Assembly: GCA_046483305.1 (NCBI GenBank)
Contig: JAWODM010000062.1
Coordinates: 4,385-68,384 of the forward strand
Source of the DNA: Candidatus Krumholzibacteriales bacterium
Lineage (GTDB): Bacteria > Krumholzibacteriota > Krumholzibacteriia > Krumholzibacteriales > WJIX01
Reading direction: 5' to 3'
DNA: 64,000 nucleotides
In this document: positions 9,448-19,677 of the stretch, in pieces
Numbering within the stretch: the first letter of the stretch is position 1
Layout of the letters: every line of letters begins with the position of its first letter
Translations under genes and position numbers: made by a program
The notes under the pieces: model-generated
Seen by the model: only the letters and a program-made list of their open reading frames with translations
The model's database searches: none
What the model was told of the DNA's origin: nothing

Positions 9448-10854
9448 TTGAAACCGCTAATTCTTCTGGTCGACGATGAAGACACTATCAGGCTTTTCCT
9501 TGAGAAAACGCTCAGGGACGAAGGTTACGAGACGTTTACAGCCGAGAACGGCACCAGGGCCCTCCAGATAGTGGAAAGAGAGCTTCCCGACCTGGTTCTT
9601 CTTGACCTCAAGCTCCCGGATATCAGCGGGCTTCAGGTATTGGAAAAAGTAAAAAACGAGTACCCGGAAATCTGCATAGTGATGCTTACCGCTTTTGGGG
9701 ATATAGAAACCGCGGTCTCAGCCATGAAAAAAGGAGCTTTTGATTTCGTAAGCAAGCCGGTGAACCTGGACCAGCTGCTCTTTGTAGTGGAAAAGGGCCT
9801 GGAATCCCAGAGATTGAACAGGGAGTTGATTAATCTCAGGCGCCGTATAGAACTCGACTTCGATAAGGATTACGTTCCTGGACGGAGCGAAAGTATGCGG
9901 AAGATCTACAGTGTGGTCAAAACAGTGGCGGCCAGCGATACCACCACGGTGCTGATTCAGGGAGAAAGCGGTACCGGTAAGGAGATGATAGCAAACTTTA
10001 TCCATAAATTCAGCCCCAGGAATAAAAAGGCATTCATGGAGGTCAACTGCGCATCCCTTCCGGAGGAATTGCTGGAGAGCGAGCTGTTCGGACACGAAAA
10101 GGGGGCATTCACCGATGCCAAGAACAGAAAGCTGGGCCTCCTTGAGCTCGCCGACGGAGGGACCCTGTTTCTCGACGAGATAGGCGAGATGAGTATGACC
10201 ATCCAGGTCAAGCTTCTGCGGGTCCTGGAAAAGATGACTTTCAGGAGGGTAGGAGGGACCAAGGACCTCAAGGTGGATGTCCGTATTATATCTGCCACCA
10301 ACAGGGACCTTGTCACGGCTGTGGAAGAAAAGAAATTCAGGGAAGACCTCTATTACCGTCTTAAAGTGGTACCGATTAATATACCCCCTCTGCGGGAGAG
10401 GCAGGAAGACCTGTTCGCGCTGGTGATGCATTTCCTGGATAAATTCAACAGTAAATTCCGGAAGAATTTCCAGGAGATAGCAGACGATACATTCCAGAAG
10501 CTCCTGGAATACAAGTGGCCCGGCAATATCAGAGAGCTGAGGAATGTCATAGAGAGAATAGTCCTTCTCGAGGATGACCGGGTATTACGGGTGGAGCACC
10601 TTCCCTTGAGTATGAGCAGGGGGGTTTCTCTGAGCGACCAGTCCCTGATCAACCGGATCAAGGTGGCCCTGAACAAACCGTACCCTCAGAATGGCATAGA
10701 ATTCGAAGATATAATCAACCACCTGCAGAGGGAATTTATAGCTAAAGCGATGCGCGAGGCCGGCGAAAATCAGAGCAGAGCGGCCAAGCTGCTGAACCTG
10801 AACCGTGATAAACTGCGTTACCGGTTAAAGAATCTCGACTTTGAGGATGAGTGA
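9448..10854 (+). CDS. sigma-54-dependent response regulator (NtrC family)
   Basis: Receiver domain (LLVDDE...D53-like LLDLKLPD), AAA+ domain with GESGTGKE and ESELFGHEKGAFTDA (GAFTGA), and a C-terminal Fis-type HTH. TTG start with GGAGG 10 nt upstream; separated from the HK by 8 nt. Confidence 0.85.
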   Translation: MKPLILLVDDEDTIRLFLEKTLRDEGYETFTAENGTRALQIVERELPDLVLLDLKLPDISGLQVLEKVKNEYPEICIVMLTAFGDIETAVSAMKKGAFDFVSKPVNLDQLLFVVEKGLESQRLNRELINLRRRIELDFDKDYVPGRSESMRKIYSVVKTVAASDTTTVLIQGESGTGKEMIANFIHKFSPRNKKAFMEVNCASLPEELLESELFGHEKGAFTDAKNRKLGLLELADGGTLFLDEIGEMSMTIQVKLLRVLEKMTFRRVGGTKDLKVDVRIISATNRDLVTAVEEKKFREDLYYRLKVVPINIPPLRERQEDLFALVMHFLDKFNSKFRKNFQEIADDTFQKLLEYKWPGNIRELRNVIERIVLLEDDRVLRVEHLPLSMSRGVSLSDQSLINRIKVALNKPYPQNGIEFEDIINHLQREFIAKAMREAGENQSRAAKLLNLNRDKLRYRLKNLDFEDE

Positions 10855-11381
10855 GCAGGATGAAGTTGAATGCCGTAAAGTTACTTATGCTGGCGGCGGC
10901 TGTTCTGGCAGCCGCGGGCTCCTGCGGGTATTACGGAACTACCAGCCGGGTGGCGGGAGATATAAAGAAGATATATATACCATACCTGGATAATGAAACT
11001 CCCGAACCGAGTGTGGAGATAGAGATCACCGAGAGAATTATAGACGGGATTATAAAGGATAATACTCTCAAGGTAGTCGACGAGGACGAGGCGGATGCTG
11101 TACTGGAGGGCTCGGTGGTGAAATACGCCAACGAGCCGTACACTTATTCGGAGAGGAGTTCACAGAACATCCGGGCTGAGCAGTACAGGCTGACCATAGG
11201 GATCAGGGTTTCCCTGTACGACAGCTCCGGGGATGAATATGTCTGGGAAAACAAGACCCTGGAGGGTAAGGGAGATTACTTTCTGGAATCAAGCCAGGAA
11301 CAGAATTATGAGGACGCCAGGGAGAATGTCTACACCGATCTGGTGGACGGCATACTCTCCAGTACTCTGCAGGACTGGTAA
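10851..11381 (+). CDS. lptE: LPS-assembly lipoprotein LptE-like
   Basis: Lipoprotein signal (LAAAGSCGYY), size about 175 aa. Position immediately upstream of holA, in the same neighbourhood as leuS (conserved leuS-lptE-holA association). Confidence 0.45.
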   Translation: MSRMKLNAVKLLMLAAAVLAAAGSCGYYGTTSRVAGDIKKIYIPYLDNETPEPSVEIEITERIIDGIIKDNTLKVVDEDEADAVLEGSVVKYANEPYTYSERSSQNIRAEQYRLTIGIRVSLYDSSGDEYVWENKTLEGKGDYFLESSQEQNYEDARENVYTDLVDGILSSTLQDW

Positions 11382-11383
11382 AA

Positions 11384-12424
11384 ATGGGCAATAATCTCAA
11401 TAAATTCAGAAAGATTTTCAAGGAGGCTGAGAAAAGCCGGGAATGCCCTGTCTTTCTGCTCAAGGGCCGGGAAGAATTCATAATGAACCAGCTTGCCGAA
11501 AAGATTATTTCATCCGTGGTCGATGAAAGCCTCAGGAGTTTTAACCTTTCCGTCGAATATGCCGATCAGACAGAGATGTCAGATTTCATATCAGACGCCA
11601 ATTCATACCCATTCATGGCGGAGAGGAAGGTCCTGGTACTCAGAGAGCTGGAAAAACTCAAGGGCAGCTGTTCCAGACTGGCGGGATACTGCGGCGATCC
11701 GGCCTCAACCAGCGTGGTTATAATCATATATAACACTCATAATGAATTGGGGAGGAGAAACAGGCAGCCTTCAGGTTACAAGAAACTGGAGGAAGCGGTG
11801 AACCGCAGAGGAAAGGTTTACCAGTTCGGGAAGTTATCGGAGGCCGACACGGTCAGATGGATCAGGGGGCGGTGCAGGAAGATGAAAGTCGAGATAAGCA
11901 CCGGGGCAGCCAGGGCTATAGTCAGCAGCATAGGGGACAACCTCTATGACATCATGAATGAACTCCGGAAGCTGGGTATACTATTTCAGGGAGGAAAAGT
12001 AGAGGCTGAGGACCTCGAAGAGATCATAGGAAGATACCGGCTAAACGCCGTCTATGACCTGACCGACAGCCTCAGGCCCGGCAATGAAACCGGATCGCTG
12101 GGCATACTGCTCCGAATATTAAACTCTGGAGCTGAAAATCCCTCTGTGTTAATATACAATCTGATCAGGCATTTTCTTGATCTTTTGAAGATTCAATCCG
12201 GATACAGGGCCGGTGGATACTGGTACCGGAAATTAAAAAAACAGGCTGACGCTTTCGGGCGAAGGGATGTCCTTCTCTGGCTGGAGAATCTCAGGGTGGC
12301 CGACCTGGATATAAAGAGCAGCCTTCTGCCGGATGAACTTGTAATAATGAACTGTTTCATGAACTCTATTAATGGAAGGTTATACGGCAGGACAGGAAGA
12401 CATTTTATTCTCAGAGCGGGATAA
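11384..12424 (+). CDS. holA: DNA polymerase III subunit delta
   Basis: 346 aa with the FLLKGREEF N-terminal motif typical of HolA. Conserved position after lptE; weak primary-sequence motifs only. Confidence 0.55.
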   Translation: MGNNLNKFRKIFKEAEKSRECPVFLLKGREEFIMNQLAEKIISSVVDESLRSFNLSVEYADQTEMSDFISDANSYPFMAERKVLVLRELEKLKGSCSRLAGYCGDPASTSVVIIIYNTHNELGRRNRQPSGYKKLEEAVNRRGKVYQFGKLSEADTVRWIRGRCRKMKVEISTGAARAIVSSIGDNLYDIMNELRKLGILFQGGKVEAEDLEEIIGRYRLNAVYDLTDSLRPGNETGSLGILLRILNSGAENPSVLIYNLIRHFLDLLKIQSGYRAGGYWYRKLKKQADAFGRRDVLLWLENLRVADLDIKSSLLPDELVIMNCFMNSINGRLYGRTGRHFILRAG

Positions 12425-12427
12425 GGA

Positions 12428-12775
12428 TTGGAGGTCGATGTGGAAAAAACGATTAAGGAGATTGAAGACAGGGATTTCAACAGCGAAATAATGAATTCTG
12501 ATAAACCTGTGGTTGTCGATTTCTGGGCAAACTGGTGCGTTCCCTGCAAACGCCTGGAGGAAGTGATTGAAGAGGTTGCTGAGAAATACAAAGGGGATAT
12601 AAACTTCTGCAAGGTAGACGTGATAAGCAACCGGGAGATTACTTCAAGATACGGCGTCAAGAACCTTCCGCATCTTCTGTTTATAAAGAAGGGAAAGGTA
12701 ATAGACAGAACGGCCGGTTCAATCTCAAGGGATATCCTGGAGAAGAAACTGGATACTCTGGTCGAATCTACTTGA
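12428..12775 (+). CDS. trxA: thioredoxin
   Basis: Active site WCVPCK (WCGPCK variant), about 110 aa thioredoxin fold pattern. Confidence 0.85.
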   Translation: MEVDVEKTIKEIEDRDFNSEIMNSDKPVVVDFWANWCVPCKRLEEVIEEVAEKYKGDINFCKVDVISNREITSRYGVKNLPHLLFIKKGKVIDRTAGSISRDILEKKLDTLVEST

Positions 12776-12854
12776 TGCAGTATTTCTCAAACTTTATTAT
12801 TCAACCTGATATTTATTTATTTGAGATATTTATCTCAGTAAACAGGACATTGAG

Positions 12855-13097
12855 ATGATAAGGAAAGAGGAGAAATTAATAGCCAGGGGGCTCAATCCTC
12901 CCGGCCCGCTTCTGATGCTCAAGAAGAAACTGAAGGAGATCGAGTACAGCGGGAACCTCAGGATTATTGTATCAAACATCGATGCCGCCGACGAAATAAT
13001 AACCTATTTCAGAGAAATATCAGCGGATTACGAGCTTGACCGGGTAGGCGACGACTACCATCTAATCATGAATCTTGACAGCTATGAGGAAGTATAG
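12855..13097 (+). CDS. TusA-like sulfurtransferase-fold protein lacking the catalytic Cys
   Basis: 80 aa. [19 protein letters not shown] aligns with the TusA LDxRGLxCPxPxLxxKK motif, but Cys is replaced by Asn. Ends 3 nt before leuS. Confidence 0.5.
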   Translation: MIRKEEKLIARGLNPPGPLLMLKKKLKEIEYSGNLRIIVSNIDAADEIITYFREISADYELDRVGDDYHLIMNLDSYEEV

Positions 13098-13099
13098 GC

Positions 13100-15595
13100 A
13101 TGAGTGATCATTTCCCCTTCAAGGAATGCGAAGACAAATGGAGAGAACGCTGGGAATCTCTTTTCAGGTGCGATCTGGAGAGCCCCGGAGAATTGTTCTA
13201 CTGTCTGATGATGTTCCCTTATCCATCCGGTAACCTGCACGTGGGCCATGGAAGGAACTACATCATAGGGGACGCTCTGGCAAGGATAAAGATGATGGAG
13301 GGTTACAACGTGCTGGCGCCGATGGGCTGGGATTCATTCGGACTTCCCGCTGAGAACGCCGCCATAAAGAACAATATAGACCCCGCAGAGTGGACCGACC
13401 GTAATATCTCAGAGATGAAAAAACAGTTTTATCAGTGGGGAGTTATCTACGACTGGTCGCGTGAGATAGCCTCATGCAAACCGGAATACTACAAGTGGAC
13501 ACAGTACCTGTTCGTTCAGTTGTACAAAGCCGGACTGGCTTACCGCGAGGAATCAGCGGTAAACTGGTGTCCGTCATGCAAAACGGTTCTGGCCAATGAA
13601 CAGGTGGTGGGGGGAGAGTGCGAAAGGTGCGGGCAGCAGGTTTCAGACAAGAAGCTCAAGCAGTGGTTCTTCCGGATTACAGATTACGCGGACCGGCTGA
13701 TCGATGACCTTGAGATTCTCGATAACTGGCCCCGCCGGGTCATAACCATGCAGAAGAACTGGATAGGAAGAAGCGAGGGTGTGGAGATTGAATTCGGCAT
13801 CGACGGAATGGATGAAACGCTGGCCTGTTTCACCACCAGAATAGACACTATTTACGGCGTCACTTTCCTGGCTATCGCCGCAGAACACCCCATGGCGGAG
13901 AAGCTGCTCCGGAAGGGAGGAAGAGAGAAGGAGGGAGGGGAGTTTATTTCGCGCCAGAAGAGCCTGAAGAGGGAAGAACGCACTGAAAAGAACAAGGAAG
14001 GTTTCTTTACCGGCTGTTATGCCGTCAATCCTGCTGATTCGAGAAAGATACCGGTATTTATAACAGGTTACGTTCTGATGGATTATGGCACAGGGGTGGT
14101 TATGGGAGTTCCCGCCCATGACCAGCGAGACTTTGAGTTCGCAGGGGAGATAGATATGGATATACCGGTTATCCAGGTGATTAAGCCGGAAGATGAACCG
14201 GAAAAGGAGCTGGAGCAGGCGTACGTGGATGACGGCGTGATGATTAACTCGGCTGGGTACAACGGACTCTCCAACCTGGACGCCATGGAAAGGATTACGG
14301 ATGACTTTGAGAAGAAAGGCGCCGCCGTAAGGACCATCAATTATAAGCTCAGAGACTGGCTGATATCAAGGCAGCGTTACTGGGGAGCCCCCATACCGGT
14401 CATTTACTGCGATAAATGCGGGATAAACCCGGTCCCGGCTGAGGACCTTCCGGTGCTGCTTCCCGAAGACGTCGATTTCATACCCGCCGGAGACGGCAAA
14501 TCGCCGCTGGCCAGGTCAGAGAGTTTTGTGAATACCGAATGCCCCGGATGCGGCGGCCCGGCCAGAAGAGAGACTGATACCATGGATACCTTCGTGGATT
14601 CCAGCTGGTATTTCCTGAGGTATATTTCGCCGCACGATCAGGACAGGCCTTTCGACAGAGAGCTGGCAGACAGGTGTATGCCTGTGGATCAGTACATCGG
14701 CGGGGTGGAACACGCTATTCTGCATCTTCTGTATTCAAGATTCATAGTCAAGTTCCTCTACGATCAGGAAGAGGTTAATTTCAGGGAGCCGTTCAAGAAT
14801 CTCTTCACTCAGGGGATGATTACCAGAAACGGGGCCAAGATGTCTAAAAGCGCCGGAAATGTGGTAAACCCGCAACCACTTATTGACAGGTTCGGGGCCG
14901 ATACTGTGCGGATATATACCCTGTTCATAGGACCCCCGGAGAAGGACGCTGAATGGAACGACCGGGCGGTGGAAGGAGCTTACCGCTTTGTGAACAGGGT
15001 CTGGCGGCTCTACAGCTCGTACGGCTCATTCCTGGACGGCAGCCGGTTCGAAACGGGCGAAATAGACCCAGAAGAGATGAGCCCGGACCATCTTGGGCTC
15101 TACAGCAAGGTACAGCAGACCATATCAAAGATCAGGGAAGACCTTCTGACCGGCGATTCTTTCCATTTTAATACCTCTATAAGCGCCCTGATGGAGCTTA
15201 CCAACGAAATCTATTCATTTCTGCTCGATTATGACCCTGAAGAAGGCCCGAATCGAGACCTTTTCATCTATTCCTTCGGCATTCTGGTTCTTCTCCTGAG
15301 CCCGATAGCGCCTCATCTCTGTGAGGAAATCAGGGAAAGGTGCGGTTTCTCCTCAACCGTCTTCGGAGAAGAAATCCCCGAGCCGGATGAGGATTACATC
15401 GAGAGCGATACCTTTACTCTGGTCATTCAGGTCAACGGGAAGGTAAGAGCAAGGGTGGAGGCTGAAAACGACAGCAGCAGGGATGAACTGAAGGATATCG
15501 CCCTCAATAACGAACGGATACGGGAGCTGATCGGATCGAAGGAAGTCAGGAAGGTCATAGTAGTACCGGGACGGCTGGTTAATATCGTGGCCTGA
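13100..15595 (+). CDS. leuS: leucine--tRNA ligase
   Basis: Class I HIGH region ([15 protein letters not shown]), KMSKS ([10 protein letters not shown]), 831 aa, editing-domain insertion. Confidence 0.95.
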   Translation: MSDHFPFKECEDKWRERWESLFRCDLESPGELFYCLMMFPYPSGNLHVGHGRNYIIGDALARIKMMEGYNVLAPMGWDSFGLPAENAAIKNNIDPAEWTDRNISEMKKQFYQWGVIYDWSREIASCKPEYYKWTQYLFVQLYKAGLAYREESAVNWCPSCKTVLANEQVVGGECERCGQQVSDKKLKQWFFRITDYADRLIDDLEILDNWPRRVITMQKNWIGRSEGVEIEFGIDGMDETLACFTTRIDTIYGVTFLAIAAEHPMAEKLLRKGGREKEGGEFISRQKSLKREERTEKNKEGFFTGCYAVNPADSRKIPVFITGYVLMDYGTGVVMGVPAHDQRDFEFAGEIDMDIPVIQVIKPEDEPEKELEQAYVDDGVMINSAGYNGLSNLDAMERITDDFEKKGAAVRTINYKLRDWLISRQRYWGAPIPVIYCDKCGINPVPAEDLPVLLPEDVDFIPAGDGKSPLARSESFVNTECPGCGGPARRETDTMDTFVDSSWYFLRYISPHDQDRPFDRELADRCMPVDQYIGGVEHAILHLLYSRFIVKFLYDQEEVNFREPFKNLFTQGMITRNGAKMSKSAGNVVNPQPLIDRFGADTVRIYTLFIGPPEKDAEWNDRAVEGAYRFVNRVWRLYSSYGSFLDGSRFETGEIDPEEMSPDHLGLYSKVQQTISKIREDLLTGDSFHFNTSISALMELTNEIYSFLLDYDPEEGPNRDLFIYSFGILVLLLSPIAPHLCEEIRERCGFSSTVFGEEIPEPDEDYIESDTFTLVIQVNGKVRARVEAENDSSRDELKDIALNNERIRELIGSKEVRKVIVVPGRLVNIVA

Positions 15596-15812
15596 CGTTC
15601 TGGTTCCGGATATCTGAATCATTAATTCCTATGATAAGCTGGAAGCCCCATTAGCAGATATGTGATGAAGTATATATCCATTGGTTAACATAATATATAT
15701 TATGCGACATTCAGTCCCCGCCACCATCTCTCTTATCTTATTATATCCAATCCACTTCCCTGCCTTTAAATTCTCCTGTAAGTGGAAATATCTCTATTAG
15801 AAAGGCTCGAAA

Positions 15813-16478
15813 TTACCTTGAAAGAATATCTATCCTGACCCTGATCTTTTTCTCGGCAAGACCGTCCCTCAAAGGCAGAAGCTCATTCAGGACCTCAACT
15901 GCTTTGCTGTCCATTCCGGCGAGCTCATAACACTCCGCTGCCTTCTCCAGATATACAGCCTTTTCTTCGTCTTCCTTTTCTGCATCGGCCAGCTCCGAGT
16001 ACATTTCCGCCGCTTTTTCGAATTCACGGTTATTCTCGAGCGAAGTAGCGATGGAACGCCGTGCGGCTTCCCTGAAGAACGGGTATTTCCCCGCTTTTTC
16101 CAGGTAATCGCGGAAATGCCTGATCGCTTCGGTGTAATTTCCGGTCGCGTTGGCAACTTTGCCAAGATAGTATGATGCGTAAGCTCCTTCTCTGGTTCCA
16201 CCGTAGTTGTCGCGTACAATCTCAAATATCTGGCCCGCTGACTTCATATCACCCGAATAGAAGAAAAGAGTAGCCTCTGAGAAACGGTTGGCAGCCTCTA
16301 TTCTGGCTTCCTCCCTGCTGTTATTGACCCAGAAGGTCCCGGCAACTATCAGTATAAGGGCGATCAGGGCTATAAATACGACATTCTGATGAGTTTTTAT
16401 ATATTCGTACCCTCTCAGAAAGAAATCTATAAATGGATCTTCCTTGAGAGCATGTTTGTCAAGTTTCTTTTTAGCCAC
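15813..16478 (-). CDS. TPR-repeat membrane-anchored protein (YfgM-like)
   Basis: N-terminal single TM (VVFIALIALILIVAGTFWV) followed by TPR-like helices. Size of about 220 aa resembles the YfgM family. Confidence 0.5.
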   Translation of the reverse strand: MAKKKLDKHALKEDPFIDFFLRGYEYIKTHQNVVFIALIALILIVAGTFWVNNSREEARIEAANRFSEATLFFYSGDMKSAGQIFEIVRDNYGGTREGAYASYYLGKVANATGNYTEAIRHFRDYLEKAGKYPFFREAARRSIATSLENNREFEKAAEMYSELADAEKEDEEKAVYLEKAAECYELAGMDSKAVEVLNELLPLRDGLAEKKIRVRIDILSR

Positions 16479-16602
16479 TTTTCTGTACCTCCTTCGGTCT
16501 TTAACATAAGCCGTTTTTTAGATATTTACAAGCAAATAATACAGATATCAATATTTTAATCAACAGCAGAAATATGTCCGATATTCGGATAAAAAATTTG
16601 GT

Positions 16603-16631
16603 TTGACAGCGGTATTCCTATTTGAGAAAAT
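16603..16631 (+). promoter_or_regulatory. candidate sigma-70 promoter for the PP2C sensor gene
   Basis: TTGACA (16603-16608), 17-nt spacer, GAAAAT (16626-16631). Predicts a TSS after TTG 16622, favouring ATG 16658 as the start. Confidence 0.3.
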
Positions 16632-16657
16632 CAGTTATCATTTCAAGGGAGCGCGCC

Positions 16658-19129
16658 ATGGCCAGGATTGTCAGATATTGCACAATAACCGCCATTCTAC
16701 TGATTATCGTTCTCAACTTCCTTGGCGCGGCCGATTTCCTGGAATCGCCGTATACCGGCATAAGACACCACAACATGAAAATTACCAAGATATATGAGCC
16801 TAACGAGGATTCTCCTATTCAAAGAGGTGATAAAATAGTCGAAGTGGATGGCGTAAGGGTAAGAAATATAAACCATTATAGGTATCTAATGAGTCTCAAT
16901 CAAGAACACGAGCCTTTCACTTTCACCGTTGAGAGAAACGATTCGCTTTTCTACAGCAAAATAGAGGTCAGGGAACAGACGTTGGGTGAGATACTGCCCA
17001 GGTTCGGCCTGATGATATCCGGTTTCACCTTTCTGTTGGTAGGACTGATAGTTCTGCTCAAGAGGCCTGATATAATGGGGATGCTTTTTTCCGTGGATTG
17101 TGTGTTGATAGCATTTCTTCTGACGGTAAGGCCTGCGGTTCCCTTCCCCTTACTTCATATAGCCGGAGAACTGATATATGACCTTGTCTTTATATTCCTG
17201 CCGGCGGTATTTCTGCATTTTTTCCTGATGTTTCCCGGGCGGGAAATAGAGTACGGAACCAGGAGATTCAAACTGGAAAGATGGATGTACCTCCCCCCTG
17301 TCTTCATCTACCTGGTGAGCTTTGTACTGGCGCTTGCCAATTACTCGACCACCGTCAGTGATTCGGTAATATATTTTCATGAGACCATAACCTCCATATA
17401 CTGGTTTTCATACATGTTGCTGTGCCCGGTTGTTTTTATACGCACCTACCTCACTTCTTCCAGAGCGCTTAAGATAAAATTCAGGATCGTTACCATAGGG
17501 CTGGTTGCCGGGTTGCTGCCTGTGATATTTCTGGTGCTGCTCATGCAGTTAAATCAGTCCTATATATCCCATCACAAATCTCTCAACCTTGCAGGGATGT
17601 CCCTTTCCTTCATATCGATCTCGTTCGGTTACGCCATCCTCAAGCATAATGTGTTCAATATAAAATTGATATTCAGAGGAGGCGCGGACCTGGTCCTTCT
17701 GGTTATAATAGCGGCGCTGTTGTACTTCCTGTTCAAATGGTTCGATGGTTCCGGCATCAGGAGCGCATTGGGGATTAATAATTACCTTTTCTATGCCGCG
17801 GCCATAGTTATCCTGGCGGTCGTCATGTTCTTCCCCGCAAGGTTATATATATCCAATATGTTCGACAGTTATTTCCACGACAGGCAGGCCGCGGTCCTTT
17901 CGAGGAAGGACTATATAGAGTTTTCCAGGGATCTGAGGAGCTGCGAGACGGAACAGGCCGTATTGCGGAGAGTTGCCGACGAAATCAGATCTATCTTCGA
18001 TCCGCTTAATATAATCATTTTCATGATGGATGATGACGGCTCCTACAAACTGGAGAATATATATCCCCCGGATATGCATATACCGATAACCGGTATAGCG
18101 GCAAACCGGAATATTGAGAATTTTCTCTACTCCAACGGGTACCCGCTGGTGCTTGAGTATTCCGATTCGATGTGGATAAGCAATAATCTGGACAGGGTGA
18201 TAAGAGAGCTTATTTACAGCGCTTCCAGCTCGGCAATAATTCCCGTAATCAAGGAGCATTTTGTTACGGGGTTCATCCTTCTTGGTCCCAAGCGGTCCGG
18301 GAATTTATATAACAGCGAGGACGCGGACCTGCTCAATTCCATAGCTGAGACTGCGGCCGAAGCTGTCAATAATATCAAACTGTACAGGTCAAGGAGGGAA
18401 AAGGAGGAAATGGAAAGAGATATTGAAATTACCAGCGCCATTCAGAAGAACCTTTTTCCGGAGAGGCCTCCCCTGCTGCGGGGAGCCAGGTTGGGAGCCC
18501 GAATAAGGCCCTGCAAGGGTGTGGGAGGAGATTTCTATGATTTTATAAGAATCTCTCCGGAGGTGACCGTTTTTGTTATATCGGATATTTCGGGCAAGGG
18601 TATCCCCGCTTCATTCCTGATGTCCACTCTGAAGGCCTCCATAAGGGCGGAGGCGAAATTCGACAGAACTCCTTCCGAGGTCGTATACTACCTCAATAAT
18701 TACCTCTATGAGAGAAGCGACAGTATCAGGCATGCCACTCTCTTTTACGGCAAGTATAATGAAAGCAATGGATTACTGGACTACTGCAATGCAGGCGCCC
18801 TGCCCCCTGTCCTGTTCCAGCAGGAAGGCCGGCAGATAACCAGGTTGAGAAGAGGCGGTATGCTGGTTGGTATTGAAAAAGGGACTGAATACCTTAACGG
18901 CTCCATAGAGATAGAGCCGGGAGACCTCCTGATAGCTTTTACCGACGGAGTGAGCGAGCTGCAGTACGGCGGAGAATTTTTCGGGATTGAGAGGCTGGTC
19001 GAGTTTGTGAGGTCAAATATCGATATGCCTGTGGATGATCTCCTGGATAAGCTTTTTCAGAAACTTGACCTTTATTGCCACGGTCGGATTACTGACGATA
19101 TTACAGCGATGATACTGAAAAAGCTTTGA
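16658..19129 (+). CDS. membrane sensor protein phosphatase: PDZ + multi-TM (7TM-like) + GAF + PP2C/SpoIIE domain
   Basis: N-terminal TM then a PDZ-like region (GDKIVEVDGVRV), about 7 predicted TM helices, a GAF-like region, and a C-terminal PP2C with the GGDFYDF motif and aspartate-containing metal motifs. ATG 16658 is preceded by AAGGGAG. Confidence 0.7.
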   Translation: MARIVRYCTITAILLIIVLNFLGAADFLESPYTGIRHHNMKITKIYEPNEDSPIQRGDKIVEVDGVRVRNINHYRYLMSLNQEHEPFTFTVERNDSLFYSKIEVREQTLGEILPRFGLMISGFTFLLVGLIVLLKRPDIMGMLFSVDCVLIAFLLTVRPAVPFPLLHIAGELIYDLVFIFLPAVFLHFFLMFPGREIEYGTRRFKLERWMYLPPVFIYLVSFVLALANYSTTVSDSVIYFHETITSIYWFSYMLLCPVVFIRTYLTSSRALKIKFRIVTIGLVAGLLPVIFLVLLMQLNQSYISHHKSLNLAGMSLSFISISFGYAILKHNVFNIKLIFRGGADLVLLVIIAALLYFLFKWFDGSGIRSALGINNYLFYAAAIVILAVVMFFPARLYISNMFDSYFHDRQAAVLSRKDYIEFSRDLRSCETEQAVLRRVADEIRSIFDPLNIIIFMMDDDGSYKLENIYPPDMHIPITGIAANRNIENFLYSNGYPLVLEYSDSMWISNNLDRVIRELIYSASSSAIIPVIKEHFVTGFILLGPKRSGNLYNSEDADLLNSIAETAAEAVNNIKLYRSRREKEEMERDIEITSAIQKNLFPERPPLLRGARLGARIRPCKGVGGDFYDFIRISPEVTVFVISDISGKGIPASFLMSTLKASIRAEAKFDRTPSEVVYYLNNYLYERSDSIRHATLFYGKYNESNGLLDYCNAGALPPVLFQQEGRQITRLRRGGMLVGIEKGTEYLNGSIEIEPGDLLIAFTDGVSELQYGGEFFGIERLVEFVRSNIDMPVDDLLDKLFQKLDLYCHGRITDDITAMILKKL

Positions 19130-19440
19130 AGGCCATTCTCAATAAGCATTCCTGATTGGCAAAAAAGCAGTTCGATGAATTGAAAATTGCCACGTTCGAC
19201 CACATTTCAATCTATACACAAAGGGCGGACAGTAAAAGTCAGCGGTAACTGCCTATCTCTGTAACATCCTATTATATCTATTAATATATCAGATGTAATC
19301 TTCCTTGCACAGCTATTACCTTAGCGCTGTCCCATATTGGTATAGTTTATGCCGCTATACCTGAATTAAAGCCTCCAGTTCCGCGCTTACTGACAAAGGG
19401 TAGAGCAAATAACCGTCCTGGAGTATAAGGAGGTGAAAAA

Positions 19441-19494
19441 ATGCTACCGTTATATATATTCTTTATAATTGACCTGTTGTGGTGGTTGCGTTAA
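19441..19494 (+). CDS. 17-codon hydrophobic small ORF (MLPLYIFFIIDLLWWLR), hypothetical
   Basis: Perfect Shine-Dalgarno AAGGAGGTG at 19427-19435, 5 nt before the ATG. Lies in an 800-bp ORF-free region and is followed by a 13-bp perfect hairpin. Confidence 0.3.
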   Translation: MLPLYIFFIIDLLWWLR

Positions 19495-19531
19495 GCAGTA
19501 TTTGGTTGATATTCGAGATATTAACCTGAAT

Positions 19532-19579
19532 ATGAATATTCCCGCTGGTTTGTAGGAGTAAGCCGTCGGGAATATTCAT
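19532..19579 (+). repeat. 13-bp perfect inverted repeat (ATGAATATTCCCG / CGGGAATATTCAT) with 22-nt loop
   Basis: Read directly from the sequence. No T-tract follows, so it is not a canonical intrinsic terminator. Confidence 0.6.
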
Positions 19580-19677
19580 TTCAGGACTGTAAAAATTCTT
19601 TATAATATCTAATGTGCATTATTAAGTCTATTGCGTAGCATACTGATATTATATCCTATTATAATGATAATAAATCC

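Noticed and set aside
9718-10431. 237-aa ORF antisense to the sigma-54 response regulator
   Set aside because: Antisense shadow ORF inside the AAA+ domain coding region. No motifs.
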